Position numbers and translations under genes: made by a program. A model generated the notes under the pieces. It saw nothing but the letters and a program-made list of their open reading frames with translations. It was not told where the DNA came from and searched no databases. Below are positions 1 to 10,202 of a DNA stretch of 18,189 bases, in pieces (positions within the stretch are counted from its first letter, which is position 1; the number at the start of each line of letters is the position of its first letter). Source of the stretch: Ginkgo biloba (lineage: Eukaryota; Plantae; Ginkgophyta); assembly GCA_024626585.2 (NCBI GenBank), contig JANKJI020000004.1, forward strand, positions 1,996,161-2,014,349. Direction: 5' to 3'.

Positions 1-3000
1 ACTCTCACCATATTACAACCCTTTCTCCAACTATAAAAAATTCTCCATGAACACACTTTTCTCTCCTCAACTCTTCTCAATGAAATTTAACTAGATCCCA
101 TTCTCTTCCTTCAAACAACAACCACTTCAATTCCATGGCTTTGATGCTATATGATGCAACCACCCAATACCAATTATTGAAATATCAAATGTTATTTTTT
201 GAGTCCTAGTTTTCCCTGAACATTCCTCAGCATTGTACTATACACAATTCCCTTAGGATGTTCACATATGACTCATCAAATAGTCACCCATAAGACTTAC
301 CACACCATAACAAATCACATTTAAAACATAAGAGTGTAAGAGGAGACATGAACACATTCACTTTAAATATGAATCTTATATTTTAAAGGTGAGCTTACTG
401 ATTATATCTGTCCCACCGACCTAATTACATAAAATGCATTGATATTCATCCCCACTAGGGATGCCATTTCAAAATGATATTCTAAATCCACCTTTTGAAG
501 GTCTTTTACCAACTTACTCCTCGACTGCCTTAATCAATGATTTTGCCATCTTCCTCTCTATCCTCTTTTGTGTTGCCTCATAGTTGGCATCTACACTTCT
601 TCTTCATCTCTGTCTTATTGTCTTACTTCATCTTCTCTTTCATCCCCTGTGTTGCCTCACAGTTGGTAGTTTGCACCTTTCTGTACTTTTCATATGGAGT
701 CTCTACTGCTGACTCTATTCTCTTCCTTTCTCTCATCATCTCCCTCTGTTGAGTTCTACTCGCTTTGCTATACTTCTTCACATTTGATAGTTTGCACGTT
801 CTTCTTCTTCCTTGTAAGATCCCTTGCTATCTATGCTTAGTCTCAATGGATGTATCATGGTCATTGTCTGCCACTTTCCTCTACCTTTCTATATTCTCCC
901 TTTTGGAGCTACCTAATGGTTGGCGTTCTGCTTTGTTTTAATCCTTGCCTTTTTTGGAGTTCTCTATTCTTCCCTCTATTCGATGATGCTTATTCTTCCT
1001 CAAATGTTCTCTAAGACTACCTCATGTTTGGTAGTCTTTCTTTGCTCTCTTCCATCTTTTCTTATGACTTCCTCTCAATCAGTGATCTTCCACTTCCTCT
1101 CTGCTACATGCCTTTTGTATGTCATCACCTCCTTCTTTTCTTTATCTCTCTTAGCTCTCTCCTTTTTTATTCTCTCTNNNNNNNNNNNNNNNNNNNNNNN
1201 NNNNNNNNNNNNNNNNNNNNNNNNNNNNNNNNNNNNNNNNNNNNNNNNNNNNNNNNNNNNNNNNNNNNNNNNNNNNNCAAGGGTGTGTGCTCAACTTATA
1301 AGCCATAAATAGTAAACTCAAATGCATATATACTGAATGGATCATAGGTTCTCTACTCAAAAAAATAAGCATACACACTTGGAGGAGTAAATGTGAATAC
1401 TTTATTAAACCTAAATATTTCATTACAATTCACCCATCAACTTAATTACATATTTATGTTTCTAATTTTCCTTATAGGGGGTTTCTTACAGAATCATAAG
1501 GAAACATATAATAACCTCCTTATTGGAGNNNNNNNNNNCCACAAATTCCTCCCTTTAACACTTTATGATTTCCTCCATCAAATATGTTAATTCTTCAACT
1601 CCACTCCAATATGTTTTCTCGTAGTTGATAGTCTATACTTTCTCTCTACCATATTATCCTTGGCATATAACTTTATCACTCAATATTCCTCATGTTCGAT
1701 GGTCTACCTATTTCCTCCTCTCCTTTGGCCACACACTCTCCTTCTATCCCCTTTTCCCTTTGCCTCCCTTGGGGATCTCTCCTCTGATCCCTTTCTTCTC
1801 TTGCACTTGTACCTTCTTTTAATCCTTCAATGCCAATTTTTTTTACTCAATGTTCTAGTTGGTGAGCTTCTTTATTTCTCCCCATTAATTTCATTACGAC
1901 CTAGTATGGTTCCTACAACCACCATATTTACTTCAACAGGGTTTTCTTATTCGTCCTCCATGAAACCCTTACCTTGTAAATGTTCAAGTGTATTCATATG
2001 CCTTGTACACTATTGATAGATCCCTTAAGGTTCATTGCATTAACTTCTTGCATCAAGGGACATAGTGGCATATGTCTCAACTCCATTGACTTCTTGGGTT
2101 CCTCTCTCAATCGACCTTCTCCCTTTGGTGCCATATGGAATCAAACTCCAACTAGTGCCTCCAACAGAGTCTTTGGGTTCAAGGATTTTATTCACTAGGG
2201 TTTACTTCTCCTTTCATGTTTGTGGGATATAGACAAGTCAAGCATCCACATCTTCCTTCCCAATCTCTAAACTCCCAAATTTCATTTGCTCTTGGGTGCA
2301 ATTGCTTTTATTAACTCCATTCAATTCTTCTTTTGGGTTCGAAGGCACATATATTTACTTCAATCTTCCCAAACTTTGGTTGCTTCTTCCTTCATAGATT
2401 TTAATGCAAATCTTTCCTTAACTTGACTCTAATCTCCCTTTTGGGTCCATGCCCTTTCCTTAGGATTTTTGGCATAGGATCACCCACTTTGACAATTCCA
2501 AATCTTCCGAATACTCAATACAATCTTGAATGTCTAACTTTATTTATCTCTTNNNNNNNNNNNNNNNNNNNNNNNNNNNNNNNNNNNNNNNNNNNNNNNN
2601 NNNNNNNNNNNNNNNNNNNNNNNNNNNNNNNNNNNNNNNNNATGCTTGAGATTTTCTCTCTCTCTTTCTTCTTAGCCTTCACTCATCTCCTCTTTTGTCT
2701 ATCTAGCCATCACTCATCCCTTTCCTCTGCTTATTGTTTGTCCCTCAACACTAGCCTTATCTCCTTCCTCTTCTTGGATATTCCTTCTCCTTATCCTCCC
2801 CACTTATTATCAATTTTCTCTGTCGGGTGTCAAATTCCTTCTCCATTGTTATCTCCATGGTCCTTCTTACTTCTATGCGGCCCTCTCCTTCATTGTCATT
2901 GTTGGGATTACCTTAATAAAATTTCCTNNNNNNNNNNNNNNNNCTCTTCCCAAATGGTGGGGATGCACTTGCATCATCCTCCCTTTATTAAAAAACTTGA

Positions 3001-4341
3001 CATGATCTCCTGCTCATGTCCTTTGGCCACTCCTCTAAGATTATATTCACCCAAATCCATTGGTTCTCTTTCCATGATCCCATTGTCGTCTTTAGGAGAT
3101 GATCTCTTTCCATTTTTCCAAGTATTTTTGGCTACTTCTACCTAATTGCTACTCTACCTCATCCAACACCTTCTCTCAGCTCTTCTCAAATGCCTTCACC
3201 TTGCCATTAAGGCCTTAGTCTTTGCCCTTTTGCAACTCTTCTTGGATGCAGGTATTATTTTGTCTTGTAAATATGGCTCCACTTGTCACCTTCACTGGTG
3301 CATTGTTGTCATCCTCCTGATGAATCTCCTCCTTATCCTCCATATCTCCCNNNNNNNNNNACTTGCTCCTTTGCAATGGTTCAATCTTGATTCTCCTCTT
3401 AGGACTTTTCTTCCTGTTGCTTCATCCATGTGATCTCCTCTGACTGGTTCTCACATATCACCCTTGACTGCACCTACTGGTTATTGCCACCTACAACATA
3501 ATAAAAAAAATATAAATATTTTTTGAGGCTTTGTGATCATTCTTCCTTCTCTATCCTATTAATAGGATTCTTCTAGCTGTTTACATCACCTGCATACTTG
3601 TTGGATTGTCAGAACCTTCTCCTTTGTAGTCCAAACACTCCTGCTTCACCTCTTTTGAAACATCTTTCATTGTTGCTTCCTTCACCTCGGATTCTATTTC
3701 ATCAACCATAAATCTTATATGGTTAGGACCCAAACATCCCAAACCCTTCATCCCCTTGTTCCTAACAGAGAACTTATCTCCACTCTCTGCGTGGAGCTTC
3801 AACTTGCCCCTACATATTCATATAAGTCTTCAACTAGTACCTCCTCATTGCACATAACTTTTAGTTCCTCTTCTATCATCCTCTACATGGGCTCCTCAAC
3901 ATACTCCTCTTCACGATTTTCTAAACTCTCCCCTTCTTTTGGTCCATATAAAACCACTTCTTGTTCCTCACGTGAAACTTCCACTAGTGCCTTACATGAC
4001 ACTTCCTCTGGATCCTCTTCATCATCTCCCATGAGGGGTTCACCAACCAATAACAGTTCCTTAGGTTCTGAATAAACCATCTCAATGGACTCAATGACTT
4101 CCTCACCCTTCTTGTGTGTCTTCTCCTTTTTTGTCCTCACCAACATGTGCAATTTTCTAAACATGCTACGCATTTTCTCCTCTTGTCTGTACCATTGTTC
4201 ATCTTCTTCTAACTCTATGAGTCTTCTCCTCAAGGATTTTAATTTCCTGTCTTCTGTTGCTCTTCTTTCTCTAGTCGTTATTCTAGCTTCTCCTTTGACC
4301 ATCTTCACTAATTCATTTTTCCTTACGCAAGTCAATGAACT
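1..4341 (-). mobile_element. Heavily decayed repeat-derived region encoding remnants of an E/K/R/D-rich low-complexity protein on the minus strand (probably a transposon accessory gene; family unassigned)
   Basis: Plus strand is strongly C/T-rich and poor in CpG. Minus frames give stop-riddled E/K/R-rich peptides (e.g. 3883-4341 ELEEDEQWYRQEEKMR...EEEYVEEPM; 3581-3802). GT-AG intron-like segments at 3491-3589 and 421-517. No RT, integrase or transposase motif recognised. Confidence 0.4.
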
Positions 4342-4441
4342 NNNNNNNNNNNNNNNNNNNNNNNNNNNNNNNNNNNNNNNNNNNNNNNNNNNNNNNNNNN
4401 NNNNNNNNNNNNNNNNNNNNNNNNNNNNNNNNNNNNNNNNN

Positions 4442-4495
4442 TCCCCAAGGGCAACCATTTTAGGAATATCTTTGTTAATGTTTTTGTGATGAAAT
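4442..4495 (+). repeat. Direct repeat copy A (54 bp), matches 12267-12321
   Basis: TCCCCAAGGGCAACCATTTTAGGAATATCTTTGTTAATG...GTGATGAAAT; 1 substitution and 1 indel versus copy B. Starts at the edge of an N gap. Confidence 0.92.
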
Positions 4496-4544
4496 AAAAA
4501 TAGCCACCACAAAGATATAAAGGAGCGCCTTTGTCAAGCTGATA

Positions 4545-4946
4545 TTATTGTACGTCTCTCCCTAACTTCTGGAAAATCTGTCGCATATTTTGTTCTTCAT
4601 CTTTAAGTGCCATCACAGCCCATACCTTCTCTATCTCCCAGATATCATAGCGGTGAATATGAATGCTTCCCGACAGCCAAGCCATTTTTGTGGAGATAGT
4701 CACCTCTATACTTTCTTCGTCTTTGATTTTGTTATCCCATTCGACGAGAAAGCACAGTAGGAATGCATTGCATGGATTCACCTTTGTTTGCAATTGAAAT
4801 GACTCCGAATAATAGTCGCTGTAAAAGTCGTCTAAACCACGTCTATCGGATGGCTGTAGAATGTCGACCACAAGAATGTTTGGAAAGTTGAAAATTTTTA
4901 AAATGGGTTCCACACTCCTCCTCAAAACGTTTATCGATGGCAAGAT
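4545..4946 (-). CDS. TNL last exon, ~133 aa post-LRR C-terminal domain
   Basis: Acceptor GCTAATGCAG| at 4947 is in frame with ORF 4545-4973 (ILPSINVLRRSVEPILKIFNFPNILVVD...CNAFLLCFLV...EEQNMRQIFQKL); stop at 4545-4547. Acceptor choice is inferred. Confidence 0.7.
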   Translation of the reverse strand: MLPSINVLRRSVEPILKIFNFPNILVVDILQPSDRRGLDDFYSDYYSESFQLQTKVNPCNAFLLCFLVEWDNKIKDEESIEVTISTKMAWLSGSIHIHRYDIWEIEKVWAVMALKDEEQNMRQIFQKLGRDVQ

Positions 4947-5103
4947 CTGCATTAGCCGAGAAGAATAATTCAAATGATACTCTTGTCAGAACAATTGCGT
5001 ATCGGTCATTCAACATTATTGATGCCATATCAAAGAATGACAGATTTAATGTCTGCATTTATAATAGTTGATTATTCTTAATTATATTCATTACTATTAT
5101 TAC

Positions 5104-6210
5104 CTGTAACTGCTGAATGGAGTTCCAAATAACTGTGCGGCCTGGTGATATACGAAACTCTATCAATTGCTTCAAGTGTTCCAAATCACATATACTCTGC
5201 CGCTTCCAACAACCGCCAGCCAAAAGCCATTTGAGGGAGCTCAATCCTGAAAGACCTGGCAGCTCTTCTAGCTTACAACATCCCCCTAATTCCAAACGTT
5301 GAAGATTTGCCAGATCAGAAACCCCTGATATCCTCTTTAATGAACTACAATTTCTTAAATTCATGTAGTTTAGTAATGACGGTGATACCGTCACGATGTC
5401 TACCTCAACTAAATAATCGTTGCATAAAAGGTCGAGAGATTCCAGGTTAGGACAATAGTCTCCAGAAATACATATCTTGGATACTTTTGTACTACGTAGA
5501 AGGATGCTTTTGAGCCCAACCATGCAACCGTCAATGGGATTATTGGACTGTTCAGACTTCATTGAATACTGTGTTTCTCCAATTGCAGTTGCATTTGTAA
5601 GCATCAATTCTCTAAGTGGGCAGTCAGTGACAGCCAGCGATTGGAGAGTAGACAAAAATCCCAAACCTCGTGGTAAACACTCAACTCCTGATCTGTCTAT
5701 TATTAAGTGTGATAAAAGATATCTGACTTGGCCCAGAGATTCCGGTAAATACTTGAGCTGCTTGCAACCACTGACGTGCAAACGGCCAGATGGTAAACGA
5801 AGATTCAAATGTCCCCAGGATTCAGATAAACTTTTCAGCTGTTCGCAACCGTCCAACCCCAGTTCCGTCAAACTCGCTAATTTGCCCAGGATAGGTGGTA
5901 ATTCTTGCAAGCTGGTGCAAAATTCTAAACAAAGATATCGCAGTTGCTTTAATCCAGTAAAGGACTCGGGTAGCAACTTTAACTTAGTGCAACGAGAGAG
6001 ATTTAAATATTGCAAGTTTGTCAAATTCCCAAAATGGATTGGGAGTGATGTCAGCTCCTCTGATTTTTGTAGATCAAGGTGTTTCAAAGCATGTAGTGAA
6101 CAAAACTCTTCGGGCAAAGTGCGCATATAGAATTTGCCCGGCATGACTATTTTGTCCAAACGTTTGAGCAACCCTATTGATTTTGGAAGCTCTCGAAGTC
6201 TCGGAGTGTT
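5104..6210 (-). CDS. TNL LRR exon
   Basis: NTPRLRELPKSIGLLKRL... followed by multiple LxxLxLxxCxxLxxLPxx repeats (ORF 5059-6171); donor CAG|GTAATA at 5103. Confidence 0.92.
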
Positions 6211-6233
6211 TTCTCAAAAAAAAAAGGAGGTAC

Positions 6234-6511
6234 CTGTGCAGAAGACTGCCACAAGCCTTCCAGTAGTTCCCCTCCCTTAAGTTCCAATATTTGTAATCTT
6301 CCCATTGGAAGCCATGGAGGGATGCTTCACAATTGTGCCAGGAAAGATACAGCACGTGTTTTGATCCATTATAAAAATTTGCCTCGACACACTCATTTAC
6401 AACAAAACAAAAAATACTGCCCCCATTTATATGGTAACTATAATCTACACCACGAAGAGATCGACTACTGTTAGTTGTGACCGCCAACATGTTCTGAAAA
6501 TCCACTCCTCC
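6234..6511 (-). CDS. TNL NB-LRR linker exon (frameshift at ~6327)
   Basis: Acceptor CTTGTTCAG| at 6512. ...HVLYLSWHNC, then in a shifted frame SIPPWLPMGRLQILELKGGELLEGLWQSSAQ, the typical TNL linker. Confidence 0.8.
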
Positions 6512-6627
6512 CTGAACAAGCAGATGCTGATGTACTGAGCAAGAAGTTAAAACTATGCCAAAAAACACAATTCAAGTCTATCAAATTTTGGTTATGGAAA
6601 TGAGCATATTAAACCAAATAAACATAC

Positions 6628-7195
6628 CAAAAGTGTAGCTTCTCCATGGGCATAAAGACGGCGGGGAAGACGCTGATCTGCAATCTCCCTTCCCATATCC
6701 CGAAGGTGGTCATGCATACGCAAAGACGTTCGGCCATTAAACGTGTCCTCAACGATCTCAACCAGGCACTTATTCTCGAGGATTCGAAGACCATTCGAAC
6801 CGCTCCATCCCGATCCATCCCATATTCTTATTGCCATGTTTTTATCTTTTTCTATGAAAAAACAGGCAACATCCAGAAATATATCTTTCTCCTCCTCGTC
6901 CAGTGAGTCGTAACTTATTTTAAGTCTGTCCCTGATGTCGACGGGCAGTATCCTAGAGAGTTTGTCCAATGTAGACTTCCAATAATCCTCGTCTTTGCTT
7001 TCAGAAACATGGCTGCCGAACACCCTCAAAGACAAAGGTAATCCACTGCACGCTCTCGAGAATTTTTCAACCAAACCTTCAAATCCCCTAACTGGATGGA
7101 GCTTGGAAAATGCATGCTGACAAAATAGCTCTTCAGCGTACTTACGATGCAGCAATTTTATTTTATAAATTAAGGAGATTCCTGAGCGTGTCAAA
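6628..7195 (-). CDS. TNL exon 2, 3' part: NB-ARC RNBS-C, GLPL, RNBS-D, MHD
   Basis: LTRSGISLIYKIKLL..AEELFCQHAF, CSGLPLSLRVFG, LKISYDSLDEEEKDIFLDVACFF, LRMHDHLRDMGREIA; donor TTG|GTATGT at 6627. Confidence 0.92.
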
Positions 7196-7399
7196 CTGAA
7201 TAAACTCACTTTGGTGATATAGGCGTTAATGTACACCCCCTCCTCCACCTCCATACGACCCCCTCCCCTAATCCCANNNNNNNNNNNNNNNNNNNNNNNN
7301 NNNNNNNNNNNNNNNNNNNNNNNNNNNNNNNNNNNNNNNNNNNNNNNNNNNNNNNNNNNNNNNNNNNNNNNNNNNNCCTTAAATAAAAGGGAAAAGATA

Positions 7400-8080
7400 A
7401 GGTCATTAATTTAGTTAAAACTATGGACCAAGATTCCTATGATACCTTATTTACCATATATTTATGATATAGGACGGAAGCTTCACAAATGTCTAGTCAT
7501 CCTATACCCACAATTCCTCGTCCCATGGAGAAGGTTCCACCCTCTCGGGGAGTCTGAGTTAATGGACATACAAATTGGTACCAGTTAGATTAGGTATGAA
7601 TTTTTTAAACCCTTTTTATAAACTAATACATGTTAAAAAGGGTATATTTTGAGTTCGAGGGAATGTGAGCCAAAGGCTAAACATGGAATGGAACATAAAT
7701 GATCCCCCATGCTCGAAGGAAAGAGATATTTTCCATATGAAAAATTGGACCTAAGGTTATTTTATAGTAGCTTATTCATATAGAAGGTTTCTAATAAGGG
7801 ATTTATAAACAAAATGAGTGGTTCCATTGTTTGTTATTTTTGTGCGAATGAAGACTTGCAATCACTTATTCAAGAAATGCCACTGGGCTTTAGAGATGTA
7901 AAAATCATACTTTGGCACAATCAATTTAGGGTGCTCTAGGTCAACTTCATATCATATGTTATTATTAAGAGACTCCTATGTTGTGCATGAGGAACTTAAA
8001 TATTAATGGTACATCTTTAGATCCATTTCTTGGGGTCTTTATAGAAATCCAAAAATGATTTTGTTTATGGGTAATTTGAC
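7400..8080 (+). mobile_element. Decayed L1-type LINE ORF2 3' fragment (zf-RVT region), antisense within the TNL NB-ARC
   Basis: Frameshifted translation gives CYFC (7832-7843) ... TCNHLFKKCHWALEM*K (~7854-7904) and L*KSKNDFV (8039-8065). These match plant L1 CxxC...ETxxHLFxxC and WxxWKxRNxxxF motifs. Boundaries approximate. Confidence 0.7.
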
Positions 8081-9214
8081 AATATTACTATTCATGTTTT
8101 CTTTCATCATGGTATGTACATGCTGACTTTACAAATGAGAGAAACTCTAAACAAGACTGAGAAGGAAATAACACATTTAGTGCCACCCTTATAAATTATA
8201 ACCAGATGCCAAATTCAATGAGGTAACATATAATGAAATGGTCCTACACAAGGACCATTTCTTTTGAATCAACCAAGGGATACCATAGGTAATTCATAAT
8301 GGAAAGGGAATTTCCTATGGAAAAATAATAGAAGTTGGTAACATGAGAAGGATGTTGTCTTTTGTGGTAGCTCCTTTTAATAAGAAGAGGAATTTGCATA
8401 CCAAGATGAAGAAGAAAGCAAGAAAAGGAATTTAAAATAATTTTAGAGAAAAATGCAAAAGTTTCTAAAATTCTAATATTAAAAAATTATGAAATTATTG
8501 GGGGTTGCATCAAAATTTGAATATTGTTATAATTTTGTTAGAATGACTATATCTCTAACCTCCTTGAATTCGATAAAAAAAACATGTGGTAAGTTTGGTC
8601 GGTACAAGTTGTTTGTTTGTTCCTTTTTGGAAACGCTAAATGATAATTTTAGCCAACTCTAAATTAGAGACTTTTTTGAAGTGTTGCATGACAATGATCA
8701 ATTTATGCACTTCTAATTTCTACCAAGAAACATAATAGGAATCATATTTTAACAAAAACCAATATTTGTATAGATGTTAACTTTATGAGATATAATTATA
8801 CATGTTCCCTTCAATTGTTGTTAGTTTGCNNNNNNNNNNNNNNNNNNNNNNNNNNNNNNNNNNNNNNNNNNNNNNNNNNNNNNNNNNNNNNNNNNNNNNN
8901 NNNNNNNNNNNNNNNNNNNNNNNNNNNNNGAAATGATTAGGGACATTATTTACCCCATTAGAAAATTTATTTGCCATGAGCCTCATACGATGTATAACAC
9001 TCACCCTCATTAGTGATTATATGTTTAGGTAGATCTCTCAAAAAATTTTTGTTTGGAGGTCATCCTATCATTTAGAAATGGTAAGCAGTTGTGTTAGCCC
9101 ATCAAATACTTGAACATTCCTAACACTTTATTTCATTTCCAAAGATTAGAGCATATGATCAAATATTTCTCCCTTCTTTCCAAGTCTAGGCCATAAACCC
9201 CAGCCACTTCTATG

Positions 9215-9488
9215 GAAACTACATCTGTTAAAAATAGAACGATATTTACGGTTATATAACTCTATGGCCAGAGTTGTTTTCCCTGCTCCTCCCATTCCCA
9301 TAATCCCAACAATCTTAACGTTTTCACTCTGAATCGGATCATGTTGTCCACACCCCAACATTCTCTTTTCAAAATCCTTTACAGCCTCATCAAGCCCAAC
9401 GGGATGTTTTGCAACCTCTAAAAGTGGTATCTTTTTCAGCTCTTGTAATACGGTAAAGACAATATTATCCAATAGCTTTCCCTGATCA
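9215..9488 (-). CDS. TNL exon 2, 5' part: NB-ARC N-terminus with P-loop
   Basis: Acceptor TTTCAG| at 9489 joins in phase (LND-DQGKLLDNIV). VAKHPVGLD, KIVGIMGMGGAGKTTLA; NB-ARC similarity ends at FNRCSF (~9215). Confidence 0.9.
9277..9298 (-). promoter_or_regulatory. Putative miR482/2118-family target site in the P-loop coding sequence
   Basis: Plus strand TTTTCCCTGCTCCTCCCATTCC is antisense to the GMGGAGKT codons. It differs at 2 of 22 nt from the conifer miR482 sequence as I recall it (UCUUCCCUACUCCUCCCAUUCC; needs verification). Confidence 0.75.
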
Positions 9489-9602
9489 CTGAAAATTTGC
9501 ACAACTATATGATCAGAAATGTACTCCGAGGGTGAAATAATATTGTATAACCTGAAGAAATAATATTAATCGATATAGCAGTGTAGGAAGTGCGAGACTT
9601 AC

Positions 9603-10163
9603 TCATTTAACTTGGCGAGCTCACAGCCACAGATAAACGAGGCATTGTAGAGCGCTCCTTTCCACTCGTCAAGCTTGACGGAGATGAACCTGCCCTTTTC
9701 TTCATGTTGGATGCGCATCCGCGTAAACTCCTTTTTCAATGTAGCGAAGGTCAGAAGGGCGAACATCGTAAAAAACAGGAAAAACCTTAGCTCCACTCTT
9801 CAACATTAATGACAATTCAACCAGACACCATGGGGATTCTACATACTTCTGGGAGAAAATAGCAATGTGAACTGATGCACTGCGAATGGCATCTTCTATT
9901 TTAGCAGGTACATTATCGCCCAATTGGATTTCCTCGGAGTCGAGAAATACGAGCAAACCCTTGTCTCGGAGATAATGGTAAAGAATGCTGGCGAAGGACT
10001 TTTTGACATCTGGACCACGGTGGTTGATGAATACGTCGTATACCATTCTATTCGATGAATGATCGCTGGTGGATGGTGCAATTCCATCAAACGCATTCTC
10101 ATTTTCATTCTGGTTGTCAGCGAAATTGCAAGACGAAGAGGAGGACGCTCGCAAGTCTGCCAT
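9603..10163 (-). CDS. TNL exon 1, TIR domain (frameshift at ~9713-9714; as written terminates at 9702 after 153 aa)
   Basis: ATG at 10163 (MADLRASSSSS...), YDVFINHRGPDVKKSFAS, IFSQKYVESPWCLVEL, FPVFYDVRPSDLRY. TIR continues in another frame as IQHEEKGRF...DEWKGALYNAS up to donor GA|GTAAGT at 9602. Confidence 0.92.
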
Positions 10164-10202
10164 GGAAGCAAGCAAATTTTGGATTGAGAATTAACTAGAT
10201 AT

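Larger units (their letters stand above)
4545..10163 (-). pseudogene. TIR-NB-ARC-LRR (TNL) disease-resistance gene, disrupted (probable pseudogene)
   Basis: TIR (YDVFINHRGPDVK, SPWCLVEL), P-loop GMGGAGKTT, GLPL, RNBS-D FLDVACFF, MHD (LRMHDHLRDMGR), LRRs and a post-LRR domain. GT-AG introns at 9489-9602, 6512-6627 and 4947-5103. Lesions at ~9713, 7196-9214, ~6327 and ~6211-6233. Confidence 0.93.

Noticed and set aside
537-3433. Many plus-strand S/L/F-rich ORFs that look like membrane proteins
   Set aside because: They are antisense shadows of the purine-rich minus strand, use non-ATG starts, often cross N gaps, and show no family motifs.
3553-3568. Perfect 16 bp palindrome ATCCTATTAATAGGAT
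   Set aside because: Isolated, AT-rich and inside a putative intron; nothing supports a function.
5477-6130. 217 aa plus-strand ORF
   Set aside because: Antisense to the LRR exon with no independent motif support.
9098-9125. PIKYLNIP, resembling the L1 RT PxxYLGxP motif
   Set aside because: Only 8 aa, lacks the conserved Gly, and lies in the wrong order relative to the zf-RVT fragment.
9702-10175. Prokaryotic TIR anti-phage system (e.g. Thoeris), or a CRISPR reading of the repeats
   Set aside because: Spliceosomal introns, plant NB-ARC motifs, LINEs and microsatellites show plant nuclear DNA; there is no repeat-spacer array.
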